Shown piece after piece: positions 1 to 8,900 of a stretch of DNA of 64,000 nucleotides. Each line of letters begins with the position of its first letter. The stretch's first letter is position 1. This stretch comes from Candidatus Nomurabacteria bacterium (GTDB lineage Bacteria; Patescibacteriota; Minisyncoccia; Phycocordibacterales; UBA9973). The position numbers and the translations under genes were made by a program. Location: positions 26,626 to 90,625 of the forward strand of contig JAPLXP010000003.1 in assembly GCA_026396015.1 (NCBI GenBank). Reading direction: 5' to 3'. The notes beneath the pieces were generated by a model, which searched no databases, was not told the DNA's origin, and was given only the letters and a program-made list of their open reading frames with translations.

Positions 1-363
1 TGCTATGCCATTGATACATTCACTACGAAATTTATCTACACTAAGATTTTCTTTTATGTCTTTTTGAATATTTGCGGTCAGTGGAGCCAAAAAATCACTA
101 GTGGGGACTGATTTAAAACCATTCATCGCCATACTTAGTCCTAATGTGGCCGCGGTGGTTCCTGCATCAGAAATAATATTTGTGAATGTCGAGCTTATTT
201 TGTTTGTAATATTGCCACATCCTGGTACAGATCGAACAAGGTCAGAATTCATGACATTGTCCATATTTATATCGTATTGACCAGCAAAGGCGATAAAAGG
301 AGTTGTACTAATAGAGAGTACTATCGCAGCTGCAGATATAATTTTTTTTATTGGATATCTCAT
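1..363 (-). CDS. Hypothetical secreted protein, partial (5' end at 363, continues past window start)
   Basis: Minus-strand ORF starts at ATG 363 with a signal-peptide-like N-terminus (MRYPIKKIISAAAIVLSISTTPFIAFA) and runs off the window edge. No recognisable family. Confidence 0.4.
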   Translation of the reverse strand, partial: MRYPIKKIISAAAIVLSISTTPFIAFAGQYDINMDNVMNSDLVRSVPGCGNITNKISSTFTNIISDAGTTAATLGLSMAMNGFKSVPTSDFLAPLTANIQKDIKENLSVDKFRSECINGIA

Positions 364-368
364 TTAAA

Positions 369-1256
369 TTATAATTTTATTATACCATTTTTTTCAAAAA
401 AACTACCAATATTTTCTATATCAAATACGATCACATCGTAATATTTTTTATATTGCACTATGGCACGCATGCCAGAGAGAGGGTCATCTATCATATCTTT
501 CATGGAGAGTATCGCTTCGCCTGTATTATTGTAAGCATTTGCTAATATAATGTTCTGTCCTACTAGAGAAGACGGTACGTTGATCTTAGTGAGGTCTTCG
601 CCAAAATTTTTATAGGCATCACCAGTGTTGAGGAGCAGTTTAAGAGCTTGTGAATCTTTATTGTCCAGTGCTTGAGCAATAAGAGGTAGTTCCCCACCTA
701 AATCTTGATCAAAATATCTATCATTTATTTTATTTAAGTCTGCGCGGTAAGCTTTTATCGTTGTTGTTGTTGTGAGGACACTGTGAATATCTTTTTTTGT
801 ATACAAGTCTGCTGGTTCAGCGACTATGACCTGCTTGCCAATTTCATCAGCTATAAGGTCTTGAGCCTCTGGGGTGAGGCTATTTGTCTGCTTGAGTGAT
901 ACCACTAGAGTCAAAAGCTCTCTAGATAGAACTTCGTTCTTAGTAAGAGGTTTGTCAGAATCACTATTTCCGTTTTTTTTATTTAGTTCTGCTTTTTTTG
1001 CCAAAATAATAGTTCTATTTTCATCACCATTTTTTGTTGGGTCAAGACCCCAGAGGGTCTCCTCCCAGTCAGGTATGCCGTTTGTATTGGAATCTTTAAT
1101 GACTAGCTCTTTTATTGTCAAATCTTTTTTACTACGCAGTGTTATTCCCACTAGAAAAGGTTTTATTTTTATAAATATAAATACAAAAACAACCACAGCT
1201 AGTATGATAAAAGTATTTATTATAAAAATCTTACTGGGTAGATAATTTTTTGGCAT
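369..1256 (-). CDS. Hypothetical membrane-anchored protein
   Basis: 295-aa ORF with a single N-terminal TM helix (FIINTFIILAVVVFVFIFI). No recognisable motif. Confidence 0.5.
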   Translation of the reverse strand: MPKNYLPSKIFIINTFIILAVVVFVFIFIKIKPFLVGITLRSKKDLTIKELVIKDSNTNGIPDWEETLWGLDPTKNGDENRTIILAKKAELNKKNGNSDSDKPLTKNEVLSRELLTLVVSLKQTNSLTPEAQDLIADEIGKQVIVAEPADLYTKKDIHSVLTTTTTIKAYRADLNKINDRYFDQDLGGELPLIAQALDNKDSQALKLLLNTGDAYKNFGEDLTKINVPSSLVGQNIILANAYNNTGEAILSMKDMIDDPLSGMRAIVQYKKYYDVIVFDIENIGSFFEKNGIIKL

Positions 1257-1265
1257 TAGTTGTCT

Positions 1266-1631
1266 TTATTTTATAGTTGTAAAGTTGAATACTGGCATTG
1301 GTCCAGTCGGAGTAATACACTCATTGTAAACCATAGGGAATGGTCTATAAAAACCAAGAAATGGTTTTAATGGATAAATTTTTACCAAGAGATCACCTTT
1401 TCTTTTTGTTTGCCAGTCTATATTTAAAGGAAAGGGTGGAGCTATATTTGCTGGAGCAACTATCATTGGTCCTATATTACCAGGACCAGCACAGGTTGCT
1501 ATCCCTGGTAATTGAGTAATAATTCTCCCTCCAATAGGCAGGTTTAATCCAAATGCTTGAGTCTGTGTAGGAAAATTAATCAATGTGAATAAAAATACAA
1601 CAATTGATAATAATAAATATAGATGTTTCAT
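1266..1631 (-). CDS. Small secreted hypothetical protein
   Basis: 121 aa with a cleavable-looking signal peptide (MKHLYLLLSIVVFLFTLINFPTQTQA). Gly/Pro-rich. Confidence 0.45.
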   Translation of the reverse strand: MKHLYLLLSIVVFLFTLINFPTQTQAFGLNLPIGGRIITQLPGIATCAGPGNIGPMIVAPANIAPPFPLNIDWQTKRKGDLLVKIYPLKPFLGFYRPFPMVYNECITPTGPMPVFNFTTIK

Positions 1632-1678
1632 TCATTTATTATATAATATAAAAATAAATAAGTCATTTTATATTGCAA

Positions 1679-2515
1679 CTATTTTAGAAAATCTAGCCAA
1701 TTTGAAAGATTTATATCTTCTGCTCGGACTTTTTCATTGATATTATAGAACTTGAATAATTCAGATATTTTTTCTTTTGGCATTGCATCCTCGAGGTTCT
1801 TCTTCAGTACCTTTCTTTTGTGGGCAAAGCCAGCCTTTACTATCTCAAAGAATCTATTTTCTTGTTCTTGATCCTTGAAATTCTTTTTTGATATACCAGT
1901 TATTGAAATAATTGCAGAATCTACCTTTGGGGCAGGAGAAAAGAATCTTTTTTCTACCTTCATCATGTATTTTGGTGTTCCATATGCTTTTACACTGATA
2001 GATAGGATACTCTCCTTTGCATCTCGGGCTACTATTCGCTCGGTTACTTCCTTTTGGATCAGTAACACCATGCGTTCTGGTTGATTTATACTAGAGAGGA
2101 ATTTTTTGAGTATTGCACCAGTGATATTGTATGGAATATTGGCGATTAATTTGTATTTTTCAGCACTGGGTGTGTATTCTAGGCAGTCCCCTTGTACCAA
2201 TTCCAATTTTCCACTTTCAATCTCTGGCCCAAATTTTTCTTTCAAAAAGTCTATAAGGTCACGATCCTTTTCAATAGCTATGACTTTATTGGCTTTTTCC
2301 AATAGTTTTTCTGTCAGGGCCCCTTTTCCTGGGCCGATCTCTACTATAGTATCTGCCTCCCCTACCTCGCCGGCACTGATCATCATATTCAATGCTGGTT
2401 TACTCTTGAGAAAGTTTTGCCCTAAAGATTTCTTTGCCTTGAAAGAAGTCTCGGGCGAAAAACTTCTAGAAGGAAGTTTTTGTAGCCCTAAAGATTTTTT
2501 AGCTTTATGAATCAT
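1679..2515 (-). CDS. rsmA: 16S rRNA (adenine1518/1519-N6)-dimethyltransferase RsmA/KsgA
   Basis: SLGQNFL motif followed by the SAM-binding VEIGPGKGALTEKL, typical of KsgA. Length is consistent. Confidence 0.85.
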   Translation of the reverse strand: MIHKAKKSLGLQKLPSRSFSPETSFKAKKSLGQNFLKSKPALNMMISAGEVGEADTIVEIGPGKGALTEKLLEKANKVIAIEKDRDLIDFLKEKFGPEIESGKLELVQGDCLEYTPSAEKYKLIANIPYNITGAILKKFLSSINQPERMVLLIQKEVTERIVARDAKESILSISVKAYGTPKYMMKVEKRFFSPAPKVDSAIISITGISKKNFKDQEQENRFFEIVKAGFAHKRKVLKKNLEDAMPKEKISELFKFYNINEKVRAEDINLSNWLDFLK

Positions 2516-2628
2516 ACGTTTATTGTAGCATATTTGTATTAGAGCTCCTTATTTAAAGAGTATTTACCCATTACGGTGTATTGACTTTTAATATAAAAAG
2601 ATGTATAATATACACAAATATAAGAAAA

Positions 2629-3093
2629 ATGAAAAAAATAATAGCAATCGCAATAGTTTGCCTAGGATGGGCAAATCTTGCAAAAGGTCAAAACCTTGGT
2701 TATTTACCAAATAATATACAAGGTATGCCCCAAAGTGAATTTGTACAAAGAGTATGTATTGAAAACAACATACAAAATCAGGGTATTACTGATAATATGT
2801 TTTTAATTTGGAAAACTGCACACTTTTCAAGTGTGAGTGAATCAAATGGAAAACAAATTATTTCCAAGCCTTCCAGCTATTGGAGTAATGGTTATTTTGC
2901 AATTAACCACATGTTTAATAGCACAAAAGCGGGACAAGCCATGTTCGATTTACAGGATCGAGTTGGCAAGAAAATTGGATTGCAGCCGTCATATGATATG
3001 AATGGCATGCTGGTTTGCATTCCCCCGTATTACAATGAAACATGTGAATTATATGTTTCTAGATTGCTTGAACAATTCAATCAGTCTAACTAA
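2629..3093 (+). CDS. Secreted hypothetical protein
   Basis: Start chosen at MKKIIAIAIVCLGWANLAKG (signal peptide) inside ORF 2581..3093. No family recognised. Confidence 0.45.
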   Translation: MKKIIAIAIVCLGWANLAKGQNLGYLPNNIQGMPQSEFVQRVCIENNIQNQGITDNMFLIWKTAHFSSVSESNGKQIISKPSSYWSNGYFAINHMFNSTKAGQAMFDLQDRVGKKIGLQPSYDMNGMLVCIPPYYNETCELYVSRLLEQFNQSN

Positions 3094-3168
3094 ATTCAAA
3101 AAGGACTTCGATATTCTCGAAGCCCTTTTTTGTTTACAATAGTAATTGTTTATTCTTGGTGTAGCCGT

Positions 3169-5100
3169 TTAAATATATATTATTTTTTCTCCATTGCCTC
3201 CGCCTCTTTCATGCTTCACTAGGTGCGATGGGATGTCTTCTAGGAATTCACTCGGTGTATTCACTTGCTTCATTCCGAATATCGTTCGCAGTGATGCGTG
3301 GCATAGATATAGCTTCTTTTCAGCGCGAGTCAGTGCTACGTAGAATAGTCTACGCTCTTCTTCGCTATCCTCCTTCTTGCCACCACCAGGTCTTGAATGC
3401 GGGAATAAATCTTTTTCAAGGCCTGTGATAAATACATATGGGAATTCAAGACCTTTTGAGGCGTGCACAGTCATGAGTCGCACCCCACCGGGCTTTGGCT
3501 TGTTTATCAGACTGTCCTGATCGCTAGATAATGCTGCGTCTTCGAGGATCTTGTCTATACCCTCCTCGATGTCGAATCCATCGTAGCGTACAGCTAGTGT
3601 CACCAACTCCTTCATGTTCTCTAGTCTTTCTAGGTCGTCGCTGGTACCCTTTTTCAATTCATCTTCCAGTCCACTCTTTTCAATAATGAATTTGATGATA
3701 TCGCTTGGCTTGTTCACCATAGCGAATTCATGGATATTGTCGAGCAGTGTATAAAAATTGCTGATCTTCATCTGCATACTTGCAGGTAGGTCATTCAATC
3801 CTCCGGAAAATAGCTTTACCAATGTGACTTTGCCGATACCTCGAGCTGGTGTATTGATTACCCGCTTGATATCTGACAGGCTATCACGATTCAGTGCCGC
3901 ACGTAGATATGATAGTACGTCTTTGATTTCTCTTCTATCAAAGAATTTTGTGCCGAGGACTTGATAAGGGATATTCTTGGAAAGCATTGCCTCTTCGAGT
4001 ACGCGGGATTGGAAATTCGCACGATAGAGTATAGCTATATCCTCGGGTTTGTTCTCTCTTAGTAGTTCGTGGATCTGATTTGCTACATATTTACCCTCGT
4101 ATACCTCGTCGAATGCCTCATACACTGTGATATCCTCCCCTGTCTCCTTTTCTGTGAACAATGTCTTTGGTACACGGAAAATATTTTTATTGATCACATT
4201 GTTGGCTGCCTCGATGATATTCTTTGTAGAGCGATAATTTTGCTCGAGCATCACGATCTTGGTACGAGGATAATCTTTTTCAAAGTGCAGCATGTTCTTG
4301 ATATTTGCTCCGCGCCAGCTGTAGATATTCTGATCTGTATCACCCACTACGCAGATATTCTCCCTTGGTCCTACTAGTAGCTTTACCATCTCGTATTGCA
4401 CCTCGTTGGTATCCTGATACTCATCCACGTGGATATATTGCCATTGATTCTGATAATGTAGTTTTACTTCTGGGTACTTTTTCAATATCATCACGGTCTC
4501 GATCAGTAAATCATCAAAGTCTAATGCCTTTTCGGCTTTTAGTGTTCTCTCGTAATCACGCCAGATAGTAGCGACGACGCTCTCAAATCCTGATTTTACT
4601 TCATTTGCATATCTATCTAGATTTATAAAGTCACCTTTTGCACGGGAGATGATGTTCTTGATCTTCCTGGGTTCATATTGCTTTGGATCAATGTCGCGAG
4701 CTTTTAGGGATTCCTTTATTATCTTCATGCAGTCATCATCATCAGATATTACGAAATGTTTCGTCAAACCTAGTAAGTGCGCATTCTCCTTGATAATCCG
4801 TACGCCGAGTGCGTGAAATGTAGAAACGAATGGATAACCACTATGTCCACCAGCGGGGGCACCATTTTCCCTCTGTGAAAGTAGTCCTATCACTCTTTCC
4901 CTCATCTCTTTTGCAGCCTTATTGGTAAAAGTCACTGCCAATATGTTTTCCGGTTTCACTCCGCCATGTACTATATGTACGATTCTGTGTGTCAGAGTCT
5001 TGGTCTTGCCTGCTCCGGCCCCTGCCACTATTAATAAAGGCCCTTGTGTATAAAGGACCGCTTCGCGTTGTTTTTCATTTAGTGTATTTAAATATTCCAC
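3169..5100 (-). CDS. ATP-dependent DNA helicase, UvrD/PcrA/Rep family
   Basis: N-terminal LNEKQREAV...AGAGAGKTKTLTHR (Walker A), VDEYQDTN (motif II, DEYQD), and a C-terminal UvrD_C-like region. Confidence 0.85.
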   Translation of the reverse strand: MEYLNTLNEKQREAVLYTQGPLLIVAGAGAGKTKTLTHRIVHIVHGGVKPENILAVTFTNKAAKEMRERVIGLLSQRENGAPAGGHSGYPFVSTFHALGVRIIKENAHLLGLTKHFVISDDDDCMKIIKESLKARDIDPKQYEPRKIKNIISRAKGDFINLDRYANEVKSGFESVVATIWRDYERTLKAEKALDFDDLLIETVMILKKYPEVKLHYQNQWQYIHVDEYQDTNEVQYEMVKLLVGPRENICVVGDTDQNIYSWRGANIKNMLHFEKDYPRTKIVMLEQNYRSTKNIIEAANNVINKNIFRVPKTLFTEKETGEDITVYEAFDEVYEGKYVANQIHELLRENKPEDIAILYRANFQSRVLEEAMLSKNIPYQVLGTKFFDRREIKDVLSYLRAALNRDSLSDIKRVINTPARGIGKVTLVKLFSGGLNDLPASMQMKISNFYTLLDNIHEFAMVNKPSDIIKFIIEKSGLEDELKKGTSDDLERLENMKELVTLAVRYDGFDIEEGIDKILEDAALSSDQDSLINKPKPGGVRLMTVHASKGLEFPYVFITGLEKDLFPHSRPGGGKKEDSEEERRLFYVALTRAEKKLYLCHASLRTIFGMKQVNTPSEFLEDIPSHLVKHERGGGNGEKIIYI

Positions 5101-5128
5101 ATTTATATTATATACTTTTTTGTACCCC

Positions 5129-5158
5129 TTGACAAAGTGGCACTAAATATGCTATACT
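5129..5158 (+). promoter_or_regulatory. Sigma70-like promoter (TTGACA-18-TATACT) upstream of lipoprotein gene
   Basis: ttgacaaagtggcactaaatatgctatact read directly from the sequence. Confidence 0.4.
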
Positions 5159-5203
5159 TATACCTAAGTTCATTGAAATAGTGCTTGGTTGAGATTTGCT
5201 CAG

Positions 5204-5256
5204 ATATAAGAATTTTCCTTGGAAATAATCCTTGTTTTTAAGGAAAATTCTTATAT
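5204..5256 (+). promoter_or_regulatory. 17-bp perfect inverted repeat (leader hairpin) between promoter and lipoprotein start
   Basis: atataagaattttcctt ... aaggaaaattcttatat with a 19-nt loop. Confidence 0.35.
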
Positions 5257-5288
5257 CATAAACAAATCTAAAAAAACAAGCAAACAAA

Positions 5289-5879
5289 ATGAAAAAATCA
5301 ATGTTATTTACAATTGTCACTGCGGTGATAATCATGTTCTCTTTAACTTCATGTGTTCAAAGAGTAAATGTACCAGCTTCTAGCTCCCAAGTTCAACAGT
5401 ATCCTCAGCTTTATGTTGGAGGTGAGCAAGTTTCCATTCCTCAAGAAACCCACGAACTTTCAACAGTTCAAGGTAAAGACTGCAACGGCAAAACAGTTAC
5501 TTGGCAAAAAATTGGGAAAAATTGTAATGACCCTTATAAGGTTGTTACAACTCAAGGTCAGCCAGTAATATTTATGCCAGCACCATCTTCTCAGAATGGT
5601 ATCGATTCATATATCGACTGGAGTTCATTGTATGTGTTAGCCTGGATTTTGGGTATTATTGGTTTGATTTGGTTGTTGAGCATGATGCCATGGTCAACAT
5701 GGAGATCTCGAACAAATCACAATCATTACTACCCTTCTTACCACAGTGGTCCTAGTTGTAGAAATGATTATAGCAGACCTGTAGATTATACAGAGAATAC
5801 TAAAACCACTACAACTACAGATACTTCTACAACAAGAACGTATCACCATCCTGAAAATAATCACGGTGGAGGACATTAA
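5289..5879 (+). CDS. Hypothetical lipoprotein with internal TM segment and His/Thr-rich C-terminus
   Basis: Lipobox-like MKKSMLFTIVTAVIIMFSLTSC. A second hydrophobic segment LYVLAWILGIIGLIWLL. C-terminus rich in T/H/N. Confidence 0.5.
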   Translation: MKKSMLFTIVTAVIIMFSLTSCVQRVNVPASSSQVQQYPQLYVGGEQVSIPQETHELSTVQGKDCNGKTVTWQKIGKNCNDPYKVVTTQGQPVIFMPAPSSQNGIDSYIDWSSLYVLAWILGIIGLIWLLSMMPWSTWRSRTNHNHYYPSYHSGPSCRNDYSRPVDYTENTKTTTTTDTSTTRTYHHPENNHGGGH

Positions 5880-5953
5880 TCTGCTCTTTGTTTACCTTCT
5901 AAAAACAAAAACCCATTCAATTTTTAATTGGATGGGTTTTTATCTTCTAATTA

Positions 5954-8900
5954 TTATTTGTAAAGTTCTTCTATCAAGTTTTTTGTGTATTGTTCAGCAC
6001 TTATGCCATCCATTTTTGGCATTTCATACTCTTTCCTACCTGTTGCTTCCATCACTCTTGACCCCAGTTTTTTTATTGCTAATGTGATTGAATCATTAGG
6101 ATGTTTGAACATAAAATTACTCAAATCTTTTATTCTACCCAAGTTAACATCTGGAGATTCCATGTCCCAACTATTTTGACCTTCTGATGATTGTGATATT
6201 TTTCCAAAATTTTCATACATCCACAATCTGTGTCCTATTTCTGGTGTCTCAATCAGTTTTGTGTCTGGGTCCAGGTTCATTTCCGATTTTATTTCTGATA
6301 GTGCAACCTTATCAAATTGCTCTCTAGAAATCCCCGCCACTTTTTCATCCATAGGGAATGCCTTTGAAGCATAGTTGAATCCAGAATGTATTTTGTTTTC
6401 AGTGGGGATATTCTCTGCTGCTACCTTTGCTTTATTTTCAGTTATAACTTCAGCTACCTTATTACCCCCACCTGCTGATTTTAATTGAACAGGATCTGGT
6501 CCTGTGTGGGGTTGTGATGTTATCTCACCTACTTCATGGCCATTTATGTTGTGTGTTTCTCTGACAATAATATTTGAGTATGTCCCGTCTTCAAGTTTAA
6601 ATGATTTATCGTATGTATCTGCTGAATTTTCGAGAGATAGTTTATTTAATCCTGTTTGTTGAAATATTTCTTTACTTGCATTGCTGTTTGCCATATCTCT
6701 AGCATATTGTATATGTTCTAGGTCTGGACTCGTTCCTGTTGATATTGCTCGTAGTGTTTTTCCATCAGACTCATATAGAATACCTTTTTCCTTTAGGTCT
6801 TTTATTAATTCTGTGTAATTTTTCTCACCCAGTTGATTTTTTAAGTCAGCCAATTGAATATTTTGTATTTCGTGTATTTTTTCAATACTATTGAATCCCC
6901 TGAATGAATCTGCTCCAGCTGTAGCGCTCTCTATAACTGTATTTCCGGATGTGTGTAATATTGGAGTTTCTATAAAGTGATTTTTAATTGCGTAATCTTG
7001 TACTTTCAATAATTGAACTTGATCCAAGTGCCCGTCTGGCATTACCAACGGTTTATCGATTATGTGATTTTCCAATGCTATTTTTTGAAATAGTGAAAAT
7101 TGTCCCGGAGTTATTCCATATTTTTGTATATCACTAATAGAATTTAATTCTATTGAACCCCCTCCCCCTAATTGGGTTGGTACTTGGCCATTATCAAATA
7201 TATTCTTTTGTGAATTTATATTGTTTGATATTCCATGGGGTGCACCGTTTATGTTTGAACCCTTGTAATCAAACATCTTTCCATGGTAGTCGGCACCTTT
7301 TGAAATATCCTTGCCCCATTCAAATACATCGGATTCACCAGTCACTGGGTCCTTGAATGTCAGATTGCCTTGATCGTCCATGTGGAAATTTGCACCCTTG
7401 TGAAGCATGGCGGACTCATCTATTTGACCAGGTTTGAATCCACCGAATTCTTTTGCTAGGTCTGCATTACTTGTATTCATTATATGTTTTACACTCTCTG
7501 GTGCATTAGACATATCGGAACCCCATTTTTCAGCTACTGCATGCTTTAATTGACCAGCAAAATGAATCATACCTTGACCTCGGTCGATAGTCACATCTAA
7601 TCCATGACCTGCATCTGGTATTGGGAGTGTTTCTGGTGTTGGACTAGGTGTAGGCGTCACTCCGCCGTGCAACCATCTTTGGTAGTATTGACCAGCTACT
7701 GCACCAGCAAGACCTATAGCTGCTCCACGTACAACTGCACCCATTACTCTTGCGGTTCTCTTGTCTTCGTATATAGATTCTTGATAATTATCAAATCTTT
7801 TTATTCGATTGAGGCCATTTTCCGTAATATCATTACCGTCCTTATCTTTTTTTCCTGTTTTATAACTGTATAAATCCTCGATACCCTTCATCATAGGCTC
7901 ACCATTTTTATAGACAAGAAGAGCGGCAGTCCCTGTTGCTATTGCTTTGTTTAGTTCAAAGTTTTTTGCAATGTCATCTTTCTTTCCATAGTTTATAAAT
8001 CCTTTGTATTCTTTGTTGTTGATATAGTCTAGTCTAGATTTAATTCTTTGAGCCAAAACTTCTTTTTGTTCTGGGGTTTTTCCTTCTTTGTTTAATTCCT
8101 CAACTAAAAAGCTTATTTTTTTTATTTGATCATCGGCATTTATAAATCTATCTACTTTACTTTCTGAATTTTTTAAGCCAGCATTTTTTGCTTCGAGACG
8201 AGTCATTGATACTTGGTCTCCCTTGTAATCATCTTTTATACTTTTTTTACCAGTAAAAAAACCTCTAATACCTCCCCATATTGCGCCGCCACCATATGCA
8301 CCAACGGTGCTCTTTATTGCCATTCCTATCACTCCTCCACCTGCAAATGTAGTCAAATCACCTGTTAGTAATTTTTTATATGCTTTTTGGGTTGCGCTAT
8401 TTTCCAGTAATGCGGCTGCCTCTGGGTATTTACGAGTATAATTTAAATAATCAAAACCAAGCTCAGATTTTCTTATTGCATCAAGAGCCATCAATCGGGC
8501 TTCTTTTGCACCGTTACCTTGTGATAGGTAATGATTTTCCATTGAAGATATTAGATTATTTCGAATTGCATTATAGGCTGAGTCTATTTTTTGAAATTCT
8601 TTGTACTCATTACTTTTGAAAGGGTTTAGGCCATTTTTGTTTGCAGTTTTCTCATGTTGCCAATCTGTAGGCATCTTCATATATCTATTTGCAATTTCGT
8701 TGTATGCTCTGATCTGCTCTGCCTCTGCCCTCGTACTCATACCTTCGGGAGCCTTAAGAAATACTACCTCACCCGTCTGTTCATTTACTGTTAGGTTTAA
8801 TTCTTTAATTCTTGCCGAAATTTGACCAATAGTCTCAATATCTACACTATGTTCACCATTTCTTATTTGGCCTGCTATTGTTTTTTCAGCACTCGCCTTT

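Noticed and set aside
874-1245. 123-aa + strand ORF antisense to the 295-aa membrane protein gene
   Set aside because: It is fully embedded antisense in a longer, better-supported ORF. It is Ser/Leu/Phe-rich, as expected for the reverse frame of an AT-rich gene.
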